From positions 1 through 28,099 of IMG/VR virus record IMGVR_UViG_3300031963_000742: a stretch of DNA of 28,099 bases; one strand, given 5' to 3'. Source of the DNA: a virus. Lineage: Duplodnaviria; Caudoviricetes. The notes beneath the pieces are model-generated. The model searched no databases and was not told where the DNA came from. It saw nothing but the letters and a program-made list of their open reading frames with translations. Positions 17,370 through 25,116 of this stretch are shown here, piece after piece (the stretch's first letter is position 1; the number at the start of each line of letters is the position of its first letter). The position numbers were made by a program, and so were the translations under genes.

Positions 17370-17513
17370 ATGAGTTATCTACAAAAAATAATCAATTTTC
17401 TAGCACCGGATCATAAATCGGAGATAGAACTATTTATTGAGTCAAAAAATCCAAAGTCTACCGCTGATGTAGAACATTGGATTCAATATTATTCAAATTA
17501 CAGGAGAAACTAA
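17370..17513 (+). CDS. Small hypothetical protein (47 aa)
   Basis: MSYLQKIINFLAPDHKSEIELFIESKNPKSTADVEHWIQYYSNYRRN*; SD AGGAG. Not in the ORF track. Confidence 0.7.
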   Translation: MSYLQKIINFLAPDHKSEIELFIESKNPKSTADVEHWIQYYSNYRRN

Positions 17514-17514
17514 T

Positions 17515-17763
17515 ATGTTTTATACATTCCCAACAGTACCAACTTTCAATGAAGTCGCAGAGCGTCAAAAAGATTTTATGAAAGCTTTCGTTGATTTGAA
17601 AGTTGATGGCTACAAAGCTTATATCAAAGCTTTCGACAATGCTACATATTCCTTTTTTACTACATATACCAAAGAGTCTGAAAAATTTGTAGTAGGATTA
17701 GGGAACTATGCAAAAGAAGCCATTGACTTTGAGCCAGGTAAGGTACAATCAAATAAAAAGTGA
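17515..17763 (+). CDS. Helical hypothetical protein, possibly phasin-like
   Basis: SD AGGAG; amphipathic Phe/Lys/Ala helix pattern. The phasin similarity is an impression only. Confidence 0.55.
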   Translation: MFYTFPTVPTFNEVAERQKDFMKAFVDLKVDGYKAYIKAFDNATYSFFTTYTKESEKFVVGLGNYAKEAIDFEPGKVQSNKK

Positions 17764-17977
17764 TTTAAAATTTTGGTCACCAGTAGAACGAAATGGGTGG
17801 TACATTAAATTCTCCTTTTTAAAGGATGAACAAGTACTACTCATTTTTGTTTCTGCTTACACATGCCAAACTATCATTCGTTATTTCGATAACGAAAATG
17901 AAGCAGTTAAGTATATAAACTTTCTTTGCGAAAAAAATCCTAGTATATTATTACAAGGCAACGAGAACCCAGCATAG
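17708..17977 (+). CDS. Hypothetical protein
   Basis: 89-aa ORF overlapping the upstream gene by 56 nt; exact start uncertain. Confidence 0.6.
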   Translation: MQKKPLTLSQVRYNQIKSDLKFWSPVERNGWYIKFSFLKDEQVLLIFVSAYTCQTIIRYFDNENEAVKYINFLCEKNPSILLQGNENPA

Positions 17978-17990
17978 TCTGGGTATTTTT
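17967..17990 (+). terminator. Hairpin, possible weak terminator, abutting the next ATG
   Basis: ACCCAG-CATAGT-CTGGGT-ATTTTT followed directly by ATG 17991. Confidence 0.45.
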
Positions 17991-18305
17991 ATGGCAAAAG
18001 AAAAATCTTGTCCTCGCTGCGGCACCACCCACACAAAACGTGGTCCATATTGCTCAAGGTCTTGCGGCAATGTTCGTGAGCATACCGAAGAAGATAAAAA
18101 AGTTCGCCGCAAAAAACTTATTGAATATCACCAAACACCTGAAGGTATTGCTACCCAAGAAAAATCTCGCCGCATGGTCACGGCAATGAACAAAGGTGAA
18201 GATTGGAGAGAAATTTCGGTAGATGATTTTGCTGTTGACATTCCTGACGTAACCGATTATAATCTAGATTACGATTCATCATGGGCTCGGGCAGAAAAGT
18301 GGTGA
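17991..18305 (+). CDS. Zinc-finger hypothetical protein
   Basis: CPRC...YCSRSC followed by a basic helix (HTEEDKKVRRKK) and an acidic tail. Confidence 0.7.
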   Translation: MAKEKSCPRCGTTHTKRGPYCSRSCGNVREHTEEDKKVRRKKLIEYHQTPEGIATQEKSRRMVTAMNKGEDWREISVDDFAVDIPDVTDYNLDYDSSWARAEKW

Positions 18306-18307
18306 GC

Positions 18308-18336
18308 TTGACAAATACCTTTTTCCGTGTTACAAT
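18308..18336 (+). promoter_or_regulatory. Sigma70-type early promoter with extended -10
   Basis: TTGACA-17 bp-TACAAT with TG one base before the -10. Confidence 0.85.
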
Positions 18337-18341
18337 GACGT

Positions 18342-18749
18342 ATGATTATCAATGGAAAAATACCGAAAACGCATCTCTTGGCAATTAACCATTTTGCCGA
18401 GTTACTATTCACGCCTGCAAGAATCTATCAATTAGAAATTACGGTAAAATATAAAAATTTAGACGTTTTCGGTCTAGTCTATATAGATAATTACAACCTT
18501 AAAGGCAAACCAGATTCTTTTATCATTGAAATAGATCGTTGTTTGAGTACAGATGATAAACTAAAAACCTTGGCACATGAAATGGTTCACGTAAAACAAT
18601 ATTCGTTAGGATATTTAAATGAATCGATGACAAGATGGCGAGGCAAAAAAGTTTCTCAAAATATCACCTACGAAAACAAACCTTGGGAAATTGAAGCAGA
18701 ACTCTACGGTTTAAACCTTTATGAATCTTTTGTAGCAAATTACCAATGA
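18342..18749 (+). CDS. Zincin-like metallopeptidase (HEXXH)
   Basis: TLAHEMVHVKQY and PWEIEA. Confidence 0.8.
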   Translation: MIINGKIPKTHLLAINHFAELLFTPARIYQLEITVKYKNLDVFGLVYIDNYNLKGKPDSFIIEIDRCLSTDDKLKTLAHEMVHVKQYSLGYLNESMTRWRGKKVSQNITYENKPWEIEAELYGLNLYESFVANYQ

Positions 18750-19006
18750 AAGATTTACTTAAATTTCTACCACAAATACTCTCGGCCTTGCCAGAGTTAT
18801 CAAAGTATATTAAAATAATTCCTATACTGCTTGTATTAGCAGGCATTGGTTATGGTGCATACTATTATTTTTCGAATTACAAAGATCCCTATAAATGCGT
18901 AAACAATCAAGTATTTGAACAAATACGTGTTGATTCAAATGTTTATGTTTTTAAAGGCGAAGTCTGTATTGACGGTGAAAGGGTAAATAGTGAGTATAAA
19001 GAATGA
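18746..19006 (+). CDS. Single-pass membrane protein
   Basis: Hydrophobic IIPILLVLAGIGYGAYYYF followed by a domain with two Cys; ATGA-coupled. Confidence 0.7.
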   Translation: MKDLLKFLPQILSALPELSKYIKIIPILLVLAGIGYGAYYYFSNYKDPYKCVNNQVFEQIRVDSNVYVFKGEVCIDGERVNSEYKE

Positions 19007-19730
19007 ATCGTCATGTAATATTTGTGGTGAGAAAAAATTTCAACAAAAAATGTGTGAAAATTGTGGAAGCGAGTCTAGGCATAGATTGCTTTATTCCACA
19101 TTAGAAAAGTATGGATATTTAAACAAAAAAACCACATTCGAAAATATAAGAGTTTTACATATTTCTCCTGATCCAGGAATAGTAAATAATTTATTTTCAA
19201 TAATTGGATCAGGATATTACTTATCTGACTATAAATCAAAATACTACGAAAACTATAATGAAAACTTACCCATACCTTTCCTTAGATTAAAACTACCGGA
19301 CGATATTAGAATATTTTCCGACAATTACTTCGACCTTATCATACATTCTAGTGTTTTAGAACATATTCCGGGAAAATATGTCGATCATTTAACTGAACTT
19401 GTTAGAATACTTAAACCTAAGGGACGTATGATATTTCATGTTCCTCTTGCAAAAGATTTTTTATCAACAAAAACAATAGAAGGAGGCGAGTTTTTAACTA
19501 GTGATGAAGAAAGAATTCTTATACATGGAGAAAACGACCATTACAAAACTTTTGGGTATGATTTCTTCATAGAAATTAAAAAACTAAATGGAAATTTTTG
19601 CGTCGAAACATTCACAGAAGAATTTAAAAAGAGTATCGAGGCTTTTCATGTTAAAATCACACATTTAAATCAATTAACTACTATTTTTACTTTTACAAAA
19701 AATGAAAATACACAAGAAAGCAGCAATTAA
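18990..19730 (+). CDS. Class I SAM-dependent methyltransferase with N-terminal CxxC pairs
   Basis: CNIC/CENC, SRHRLL, VLHISPD, FDLIIHSSVLEHI, ELVRILKPKG. Confidence 0.8.
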   Translation: MSIKNESSCNICGEKKFQQKMCENCGSESRHRLLYSTLEKYGYLNKKTTFENIRVLHISPDPGIVNNLFSIIGSGYYLSDYKSKYYENYNENLPIPFLRLKLPDDIRIFSDNYFDLIIHSSVLEHIPGKYVDHLTELVRILKPKGRMIFHVPLAKDFLSTKTIEGGEFLTSDEERILIHGENDHYKTFGYDFFIEIKKLNGNFCVETFTEEFKKSIEAFHVKITHLNQLTTIFTFTKNENTQESSN

Positions 19731-19980
19731 GACAGCTCTCATCATACTGTCTTTCTTCATGCTGATATTATTTCTAACCTTTATTATGATGAACATTCCA
19801 ACAAATTGGATTCTTCCTATGTTTGGTATCGTTTTACTTGGTATTCTTATACATGCCATTTACAAAGTAGTTTTAAATCAAATGAAATGGGATGAAGAAA
19901 TGTTGGAAAGAGAACAAGAATGGAAAAGACTTGACGCTGAACGATATGAAAGAAAGATGACACAAGATGACATTAAATGA
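19702..19980 (+). CDS. Two-TM membrane protein
   Basis: Two hydrophobic segments and a charged C-terminal helix. Confidence 0.7.
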   Translation: MKIHKKAAIKTALIILSFFMLILFLTFIMMNIPTNWILPMFGIVLLGILIHAIYKVVLNQMKWDEEMLEREQEWKRLDAERYERKMTQDDIK

Positions 19981-20254
19981 TGAAGTGATGAATTCTCTGT
20001 CAACCATTTGGGCTCAAATGAGTGTCAGCCAGAGTGAATTTCTTTTATTCTCAATAAAAGATGAGAATGAATACAAGGAATTGATCAAAGAAAGGTTGAT
20101 TGGAAAATTATTAGATGAACTGATGAAATCAAATCATATTGAATTTACTGCACAGGACGATATGAATGAAATGAGTAAAATATATCGTGCCAGACTTGTT
20201 TCGATACCCAATCATTTAGTAGGAAAACTCCGAAAAGAAGGAAAAATACTATGA
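19967..20254 (+). CDS. Hypothetical protein
   Basis: 95-aa ORF in the coupled + strand run. Confidence 0.65.
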   Translation: MTLNDEVMNSLSTIWAQMSVSQSEFLLFSIKDENEYKELIKERLIGKLLDELMKSNHIEFTAQDDMNEMSKIYRARLVSIPNHLVGKLRKEGKIL

Positions 20255-20682
20255 TTTACTATGACGATGAACGAGAATATAGTGAAATTGTCGAACAATG
20301 GATTCGAGATTTCATTGCAACAATGGATGAAGGCACATTAGAGGCCGGTGACGATTCCGGTGAAGCACCATTTGGTGTGAAAATCATTTTTGATGGGTAT
20401 GGTTATGATGAAGAAAATGATTTAGAAAATAATGATACAAACACAATGTCGTTTGCGGTATTCATACACAAAAATTCATTGACGGAGGAATTTCCACCGC
20501 ATGAATTGACACCGTGGGCTCTGATTCATCGACCAAAAGAAGAAGTTTGTATTTGGGCTTGGTATGATGTAAATGCTGATGTTGTTGAAATCATACCGTT
20601 TGAAGATAATAATTCTACAGAGTTGGATCCACAATTCGTTACTGATTTGATTTTTAAAATTTATGCGAGAGAATTAGAATGA
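20251..20682 (+). CDS. Highly acidic hypothetical protein
   Basis: ATGA-coupled on both sides and strongly D/E-rich. Confidence 0.7.
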   Translation: MIYYDDEREYSEIVEQWIRDFIATMDEGTLEAGDDSGEAPFGVKIIFDGYGYDEENDLENNDTNTMSFAVFIHKNSLTEEFPPHELTPWALIHRPKEEVCIWAWYDVNADVVEIIPFEDNNSTELDPQFVTDLIFKIYARELE

Positions 20683-21392
20683 GAAATAATTTCTTTGAAA
20701 TCACTTGGTCAGATTATAATTTCTGGCATATGTATTTTGTATGGCCTACAGAAAATAGTGAGGACAAATATTTAAAAATTTCATTTGGTTTTTGGAAATT
20801 CTTTGCAAGTATTGGACTATGGCCAACAAAAGGTGTCGGAGATTTTTCTTCAATTATGGGACCAAAATATGGATTCTCATATAGTGATGGTGTTTTGTTT
20901 ATCTTTAAAGGCCTCGATAAGTACACAGCGATTGATATGCCGTGGCGTTGGCAAATTGTTCGCCATGACCTTTTGCTACCTAATGGTAGTGTATATGAAA
21001 GCAATCGTTGGGATTATTATGGCAAAGAAATTGGTAAACATTACCAATGGCATCAAATTCTAGAAGGCTGGCACGATCCAAATATTCGAAAGAGTTTATT
21101 AGATCGTTGTACTCGAACAGTAGAATTGGATCATTATACAAAAGATGGCAGAAATCAAAAAGCGACTATCGCACTCACCGGCGAAGAAAGAGAATGGCGT
21201 TGGTTATGGTTTACATGGTTGCCAATATTCAATAAAGTTGAAAGGGTCGTTTCATGTGATTCAGATATTGAATTAGGCAAAAAAGCAGGAACATGGAAAG
21301 GCGGCATGATGGGTTGGAGTTGTGAGTGGTTATTAAATGAAAGTATGGAAGGAGCATTTTGGAGATGGTATGATAAGTGGGATGGCAATTAA
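20679..21392 (+). CDS. Trp-rich hypothetical protein
   Basis: 237-aa ORF with EEREWRW and GTWKGG motifs. Confidence 0.7.
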   Translation: MRNNFFEITWSDYNFWHMYFVWPTENSEDKYLKISFGFWKFFASIGLWPTKGVGDFSSIMGPKYGFSYSDGVLFIFKGLDKYTAIDMPWRWQIVRHDLLLPNGSVYESNRWDYYGKEIGKHYQWHQILEGWHDPNIRKSLLDRCTRTVELDHYTKDGRNQKATIALTGEEREWRWLWFTWLPIFNKVERVVSCDSDIELGKKAGTWKGGMMGWSCEWLLNESMEGAFWRWYDKWDGN

Positions 21393-21423
21393 TTATGAGT
21401 GTGTTACCTATACAACAATCACA

Positions 21424-21452
21424 TTGACAAAAAAATTTAGATGAAGTATAAT
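21424..21452 (+). promoter_or_regulatory. Consensus sigma70 early promoter
   Basis: TTGACA-17 bp-TATAAT, exact consensus. Confidence 0.9.
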
Positions 21453-21482
21453 ACAATAAACTCATTCATTCAAGGAGATATT

Positions 21483-21677
21483 TTGGACAACGGCAATAAA
21501 GAAATTCTAATCGATAAAGACGATTTAGAATCTATTTTACAAAAGGTGAAAGAACTTGGTTGTGATACGCCTTTTTACATTCGACAAAAACAAGAGCAAG
21601 AGAGTGATTCTTCATTTGAAATTGAAGTGCCTTTTAAATTAAAAGGAATTTTCGGTTTTTTTACGTTTAGGGTCTAA
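21483..21677 (+). CDS. Hypothetical protein
   Basis: In-frame TTG start after SD AAGGAGA; the track's ATG 21441 lies inside the promoter. Confidence 0.65.
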   Translation: MDNGNKEILIDKDDLESILQKVKELGCDTPFYIRQKQEQESDSSFEIEVPFKLKGIFGFFTFRV

Positions 21678-21681
21678 CACA

Positions 21682-21906
21682 ATGGACGATACAATTTTCG
21701 ATGACGAGATCATCGAAGCTGCGGTAAAATTAGACGAGTTTTTGCTTGAATTAGTTAAACAGGGTTTTGGTGTAAATGCAATTAATGGTATTGTGTTAGC
21801 CCGACTAATGATGCTAAACAGGGAAACCGATAATGAATCTGATTTTTATACATTTCTAGGAACAATAAAAAAAGAAAGAATCACAACACCTAAAATACTA
21901 CAATGA
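21682..21906 (+). CDS. Hypothetical protein
   Basis: 74-aa helical ORF. Confidence 0.65.
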   Translation: MDDTIFDDEIIEAAVKLDEFLLELVKQGFGVNAINGIVLARLMMLNRETDNESDFYTFLGTIKKERITTPKILQ

Positions 21907-22055
21907 ACGCAAATAATGTCATTTACTTAAAGCCTCAAGAAAAGCCAGAACCTATAATTGATTCTGATTACTTTGGTTCTGAGAAAATTCCAGTAAATGA
22001 CTTATTATCTTTAATTGATTTAATGAAGAAAGCAAAAGAGAATGGGAATTCTTAG
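21903..22055 (+). CDS. Hypothetical protein (50 aa)
   Basis: MNANNVIYLKPQEKPEPII...KENGNS*, ATGA-coupled. Not in the ORF track. Confidence 0.6.
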   Translation: MNANNVIYLKPQEKPEPIIDSDYFGSEKIPVNDLLSLIDLMKKAKENGNS

Positions 22056-22200
22056 TCTTTTTGTTGATACTTTTTTTTCTTGGTTATTTTGGCACTGGTC
22101 AAGTGAAAATTATAATGAGGGTAAAAAAGTTTCTGCCTATCTTTATTTGTTTATGAGCGCCATGTTTGGTGCATTTGTTTTGAATACACTATTTAAATAA
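22042..22200 (+). CDS. Small membrane protein (52 aa)
   Basis: MGILSLFVDTFFSWLFWHWSS...AYLYLFMSAMFGAFVLNTLFK*, two hydrophobic segments. Confidence 0.6.
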   Translation: MGILSLFVDTFFSWLFWHWSSENYNEGKKVSAYLYLFMSAMFGAFVLNTLFK

Positions 22201-22219
22201 AAGAATTGAGGAAAATATT

Positions 22220-22399
22220 ATGAAAGTTTTAACCACTACCACAATCGGTCGTTCGGTATCAATTGTGTGTAATCAAATTGTTAGAGTTGAAGAACATGGT
22301 GATTCGCATCGATCATGGATTTTTACAACAGATGGACAATCAGTTGTTGTTGATATGCCTTATCTCGAAGTTGTAGGATTTTTAAAAAGTATTGATTGA
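22220..22399 (+). CDS. Small beta-rich hypothetical protein (59 aa, possibly FlbD-like)
   Basis: MKVLTTTTIGRSVSIVCNQIVRVEE...VVVDMPYLEVVGFLKSID*; SD GAGG. Confidence 0.6.
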   Translation: MKVLTTTTIGRSVSIVCNQIVRVEEHGDSHRSWIFTTDGQSVVVDMPYLEVVGFLKSID

Positions 22400-22408
22400 G
22401 AGTAAATA

Positions 22409-22591
22409 ATGTGGACTCTAGTTATCATGTTGCACGCCATTTCACCGAATGTACCTCCATCAAAAGGATCAATAACTTTACCTACTCAAAGTATTGAAGA
22501 ATGTCATCAAGTACGGGATTATGTAAAAAAGGCCTGGGAGTCTGACAAATATAGAGTAACAGCAAATTGTGTACCTAGTGCTAGGAGATAA
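22409..22591 (+). CDS. Small exported/membrane-anchored two-Cys protein, paralogue of 24919..25116
   Basis: MW + hydrophobic stretch, PP.KGSI, EC...C. Confidence 0.65.
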   Translation: MWTLVIMLHAISPNVPPSKGSITLPTQSIEECHQVRDYVKKAWESDKYRVTANCVPSARR

Positions 22592-22592
22592 T

Positions 22593-22862
22593 ATGCAGCA
22601 ATTAGAAATAAAGTTTTTTTGGCCACTAACAGAACAAATTCCTCTTGACCTCGATTATACAGGTTGCGAATCATCAAAACTTTCACCATTAAAATTACAT
22701 TCGAATTATACTATACAAAATATAAATCATACTAACACTACCTTCGTTGCTAGCAATTTATCGATTGATGTAGATACTACAGTAATTAAAACAAAAGATG
22801 AACCACCATTCTATCGTAAGATGCTTTATAAAATGATGGGTATAAAATGGGAGAAAAAATGA
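22593..22862 (+). CDS. Hypothetical protein
   Basis: ATG 22593 after SD AGGAG; MQQLEIKFFWPLTEQIPLDLDY. Confidence 0.65.
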   Translation: MQQLEIKFFWPLTEQIPLDLDYTGCESSKLSPLKLHSNYTIQNINHTNTTFVASNLSIDVDTTVIKTKDEPPFYRKMLYKMMGIKWEKK

Positions 22863-23008
22863 GTGATACAAAATTCATGGAAGAATACACTGAGATGATA
22901 ATTGAAGAATGTCGTAAGGCTTTGCATCCTGAGCTTCGTGATATGATATCTCGCGGTCAAGCATTTGATTTAATCAAAAAACATTTTGGTATAAAAGAAG
23001 ATGAATGA
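22859..23008 (+). CDS. Short paralogue family (ELII.EC...KHFG), copy 1
   Basis: MSDTKFMEEYTEMIIEECRK...IKKHFGIKEDE*, ATGA-coupled both sides. Not in the ORF track. Confidence 0.7.
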   Translation: MSDTKFMEEYTEMIIEECRKALHPELRDMISRGQAFDLIKKHFGIKEDE

Positions 23009-23655
23009 GTTTTAGAATTTTAATTATGGGATTGCCTGGCTCAGGTAAAACTTATTTAGCCAATGAATTGCAGGAGCAATTACATAAAAAAGGATTTTCA
23101 GTTGAGTGGTTTAATGCTGATGAAATAAGAGAACGATTTAATGATTGGGATTTTTCTGAAGAAGGTAGAATCAGGCAAAGCTCTAGAATGAAAGAACTAT
23201 CAGAAAAATCTTCAGCTAATTTTGTTATCTGCGATTTTGTTGCTCCACTACCTAAAATGCGAGAAGTTTTTTCTGCTGATATGACCATATGGTTAGACAC
23301 AATTGATGAGAGTCGATTTGAAGATACGAATAAAATATTCGTAAGTCCAGAAAAATATGATTATAGAATTATGGCTAAATCGGCTAAAAGGTGGGCTTCT
23401 GTAATATCAGATAAACTAGAATCTAATTTTTATGAGTCTGAAGAAAAACAGTATAGAAGTTTAACTAAAGCCATTACTTGGCGAGTAACAGGTACTTTAG
23501 ATACATTCATCGTAAGTCTTTTATTGACAGGTGAACCTAAGATAGCAATGAGTATTGCTAGTGTGGAATTTTTTACTAAAATTATTTTATATTATTTTCA
23601 CGAAAGAGTGTGGAATAAAATTTCATGGGGTAGAGATGTCCAAAAAAGTATTTGA
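23005..23655 (+). CDS. Adenylyl-sulfate-kinase-like P-loop kinase fused to a DUF2061-like membrane domain
   Basis: GLPGSGKT, NADEIR, DFSEEGRIRQ, CDFVAP; C-terminal RSLTKAITWR...YYFHERVW. Confidence 0.8.
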   Translation: MSFRILIMGLPGSGKTYLANELQEQLHKKGFSVEWFNADEIRERFNDWDFSEEGRIRQSSRMKELSEKSSANFVICDFVAPLPKMREVFSADMTIWLDTIDESRFEDTNKIFVSPEKYDYRIMAKSAKRWASVISDKLESNFYESEEKQYRSLTKAITWRVTGTLDTFIVSLLLTGEPKIAMSIASVEFFTKIILYYFHERVWNKISWGRDVQKSI

Positions 23656-24004
23656 TTGGCAGAAACCTACTGTTCAAATGTTAGGTCGATGGCAACCATG
23701 GCATGCTGGTCACAGATCATTATTCGAACGTGCTATACAAAAAACCGGACAAGTGTGTATTATGATTCGTGATTGTCAAGGATGGCAAAATAACAATCCT
23801 TTCGATATAAAACAAGTGATAAAATTCATTCGTGATGATTTAGATGATGAATATAAAGGAATGTATGAGATACTCATTGTGCCGAATATTGTAAACATTA
23901 CTTATGGTCGGGATGTGGGTTATGTCATTGAGCGAGAACATTTTGATGAAAATACAGAATCTATATCTGCCACTAAAATAAGAGAGAGTATGAAACATGA
24001 ATGA
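23636..24004 (+). CDS. HIGH-motif nucleotidyltransferase (cytidyltransferase/NadM-like)
   Basis: GRWQPWHAGH, NPF, ISATKIR; in-frame ATG 23636 taken as start. Confidence 0.82.
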   Translation: MSKKVFDWQKPTVQMLGRWQPWHAGHRSLFERAIQKTGQVCIMIRDCQGWQNNNPFDIKQVIKFIRDDLDDEYKGMYEILIVPNIVNITYGRDVGYVIEREHFDENTESISATKIRESMKHE

Positions 24005-24251
24005 TCAAATAAAAGAATTGATGCAGAAGTATGGCATACACAAATATATTGATGCTGATTGCCAGTCGAGGATTGAAATGATATCTGATTTGATTATCAA
24101 AGAATGTATTGCTTGTTGTGGTAGTCAGGCCGATAAGAAAAATATCCTTAAACGATTTGGTTATGAAGTGCCGAGTGATATAAAATATAAGGGACCAGAT
24201 GCTCATTGGTCGATTACAAGTCAATACAGTAGAGATTACAATTTACCATGA
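23997..24251 (+). CDS. Short paralogue family, copy 2 (C-terminally extended)
   Basis: MNDQIKEL...SDLIIKEC...ILKRFG. Confidence 0.7.
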   Translation: MNDQIKELMQKYGIHKYIDADCQSRIEMISDLIIKECIACCGSQADKKNILKRFGYEVPSDIKYKGPDAHWSITSQYSRDYNLP

Positions 24252-24526
24252 GTCGATTAAATTGTGATGAACTGCTAGTTATATTGCAGGAAGAATGTGC
24301 CGAAGTTTCGCAAATCATTTCGAAGATTCATCGTTACGGCCTAAGAGGTTATAATCCTTTGACTAGTGAATATAATGATGATTTACTACACAAGGAAATT
24401 GGTGATTTATTGTGTATGATTGAACTCTGTATTGAGAAAAGAATTTTAAATGAAGGTGAGTTGACCGTACATATAAAGAAAAAACGTGAAAAGTTAAAAA
24501 AGTGGAGTAATTTAGATCATGAATGA
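24248..24526 (+). CDS. MazG-like NTP pyrophosphohydrolase
   Basis: LQEECAEV...KEIGDLL (EExxE...ExxD). Confidence 0.8.
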   Translation: MSRLNCDELLVILQEECAEVSQIISKIHRYGLRGYNPLTSEYNDDLLHKEIGDLLCMIELCIEKRILNEGELTVHIKKKREKLKKWSNLDHE

Positions 24527-24752
24527 AAAGTTTAAACTATTGGCCGAAAAGTCGGGTTTCCTACTATGGGAAGATGAGCCATGGAAGCCAGAAGGTGCTA
24601 TCGTTGATTGGTCGTCACAATATGATGGTGAGTTGGAAAAGTTTGCTGAGTTGATTATTAATGAATGCTTAGGTATATGTGAAGAACTAGGTGATAAAGG
24701 AATGGATGGTCATTATTGTGCTGATAAAATCAGTAAAACATTTAGGAGTTGA
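24519..24752 (+). CDS. Short paralogue family, copy 3
   Basis: MNEKFKLLAEK...LEKFAELIINEC. Confidence 0.72.
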   Translation: MNEKFKLLAEKSGFLLWEDEPWKPEGAIVDWSSQYDGELEKFAELIINECLGICEELGDKGMDGHYCADKISKTFRS

Positions 24753-24755
24753 AGA

Positions 24756-24929
24756 ATGAAATTTTTTGTGATTATGATGACCACGGTCGTTTTGATTTTA
24801 TTGCTGAGTTGGATTATAATGTTGCCACTTAGTTTTAAAGACCAGGAGTGTACAGCTAAGAACGGTATACTGGTGAAAACGGTCGATGGTTATTTTTGTC
24901 TTGACCGTAAAGTTGTAATTAAAATGTAG
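24756..24929 (+). CDS. Small membrane-anchored two-Cys protein (57 aa)
   Basis: MKFFVIMMTTVVLILLLSWIIMLPLSFKDQECTAKNGILVKTVDGYFCLDRKVVIKM*; SD AGGAG. Confidence 0.65.
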   Translation: MKFFVIMMTTVVLILLLSWIIMLPLSFKDQECTAKNGILVKTVDGYFCLDRKVVIKM

Positions 24930-25116
24930 AGTTGGGTGTAAGGTAGTCTTTGAAGGTACAAGATGCGTTGACTTTTGTGCCTTTGAGTGAGAGTGAATGA
25001 ATGGCCTTTTCCATATCGGCGGTACACTCTGCCTCTGTTTTGTAGAGGTTAAATATTGAGCCCTTATGTTTGTGTGGGGGCTCTGATGAAAGTACGATGA
25101 GAAGGAGTAACCACAT
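24919..25116 (-). CDS. Lone antisense small exported two-Cys protein, paralogue of 22409..22591
   Basis: MWLLLLIVLSSEPP...KGSI...EC...C; fills a gap with no + strand gene; TATAAATA 5 nt upstream. Confidence 0.7.
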   Translation of the reverse strand: MWLLLLIVLSSEPPHKHKGSIFNLYKTEAECTADMEKAIHSLSLKGTKVNASCTFKDYLTPNSTF

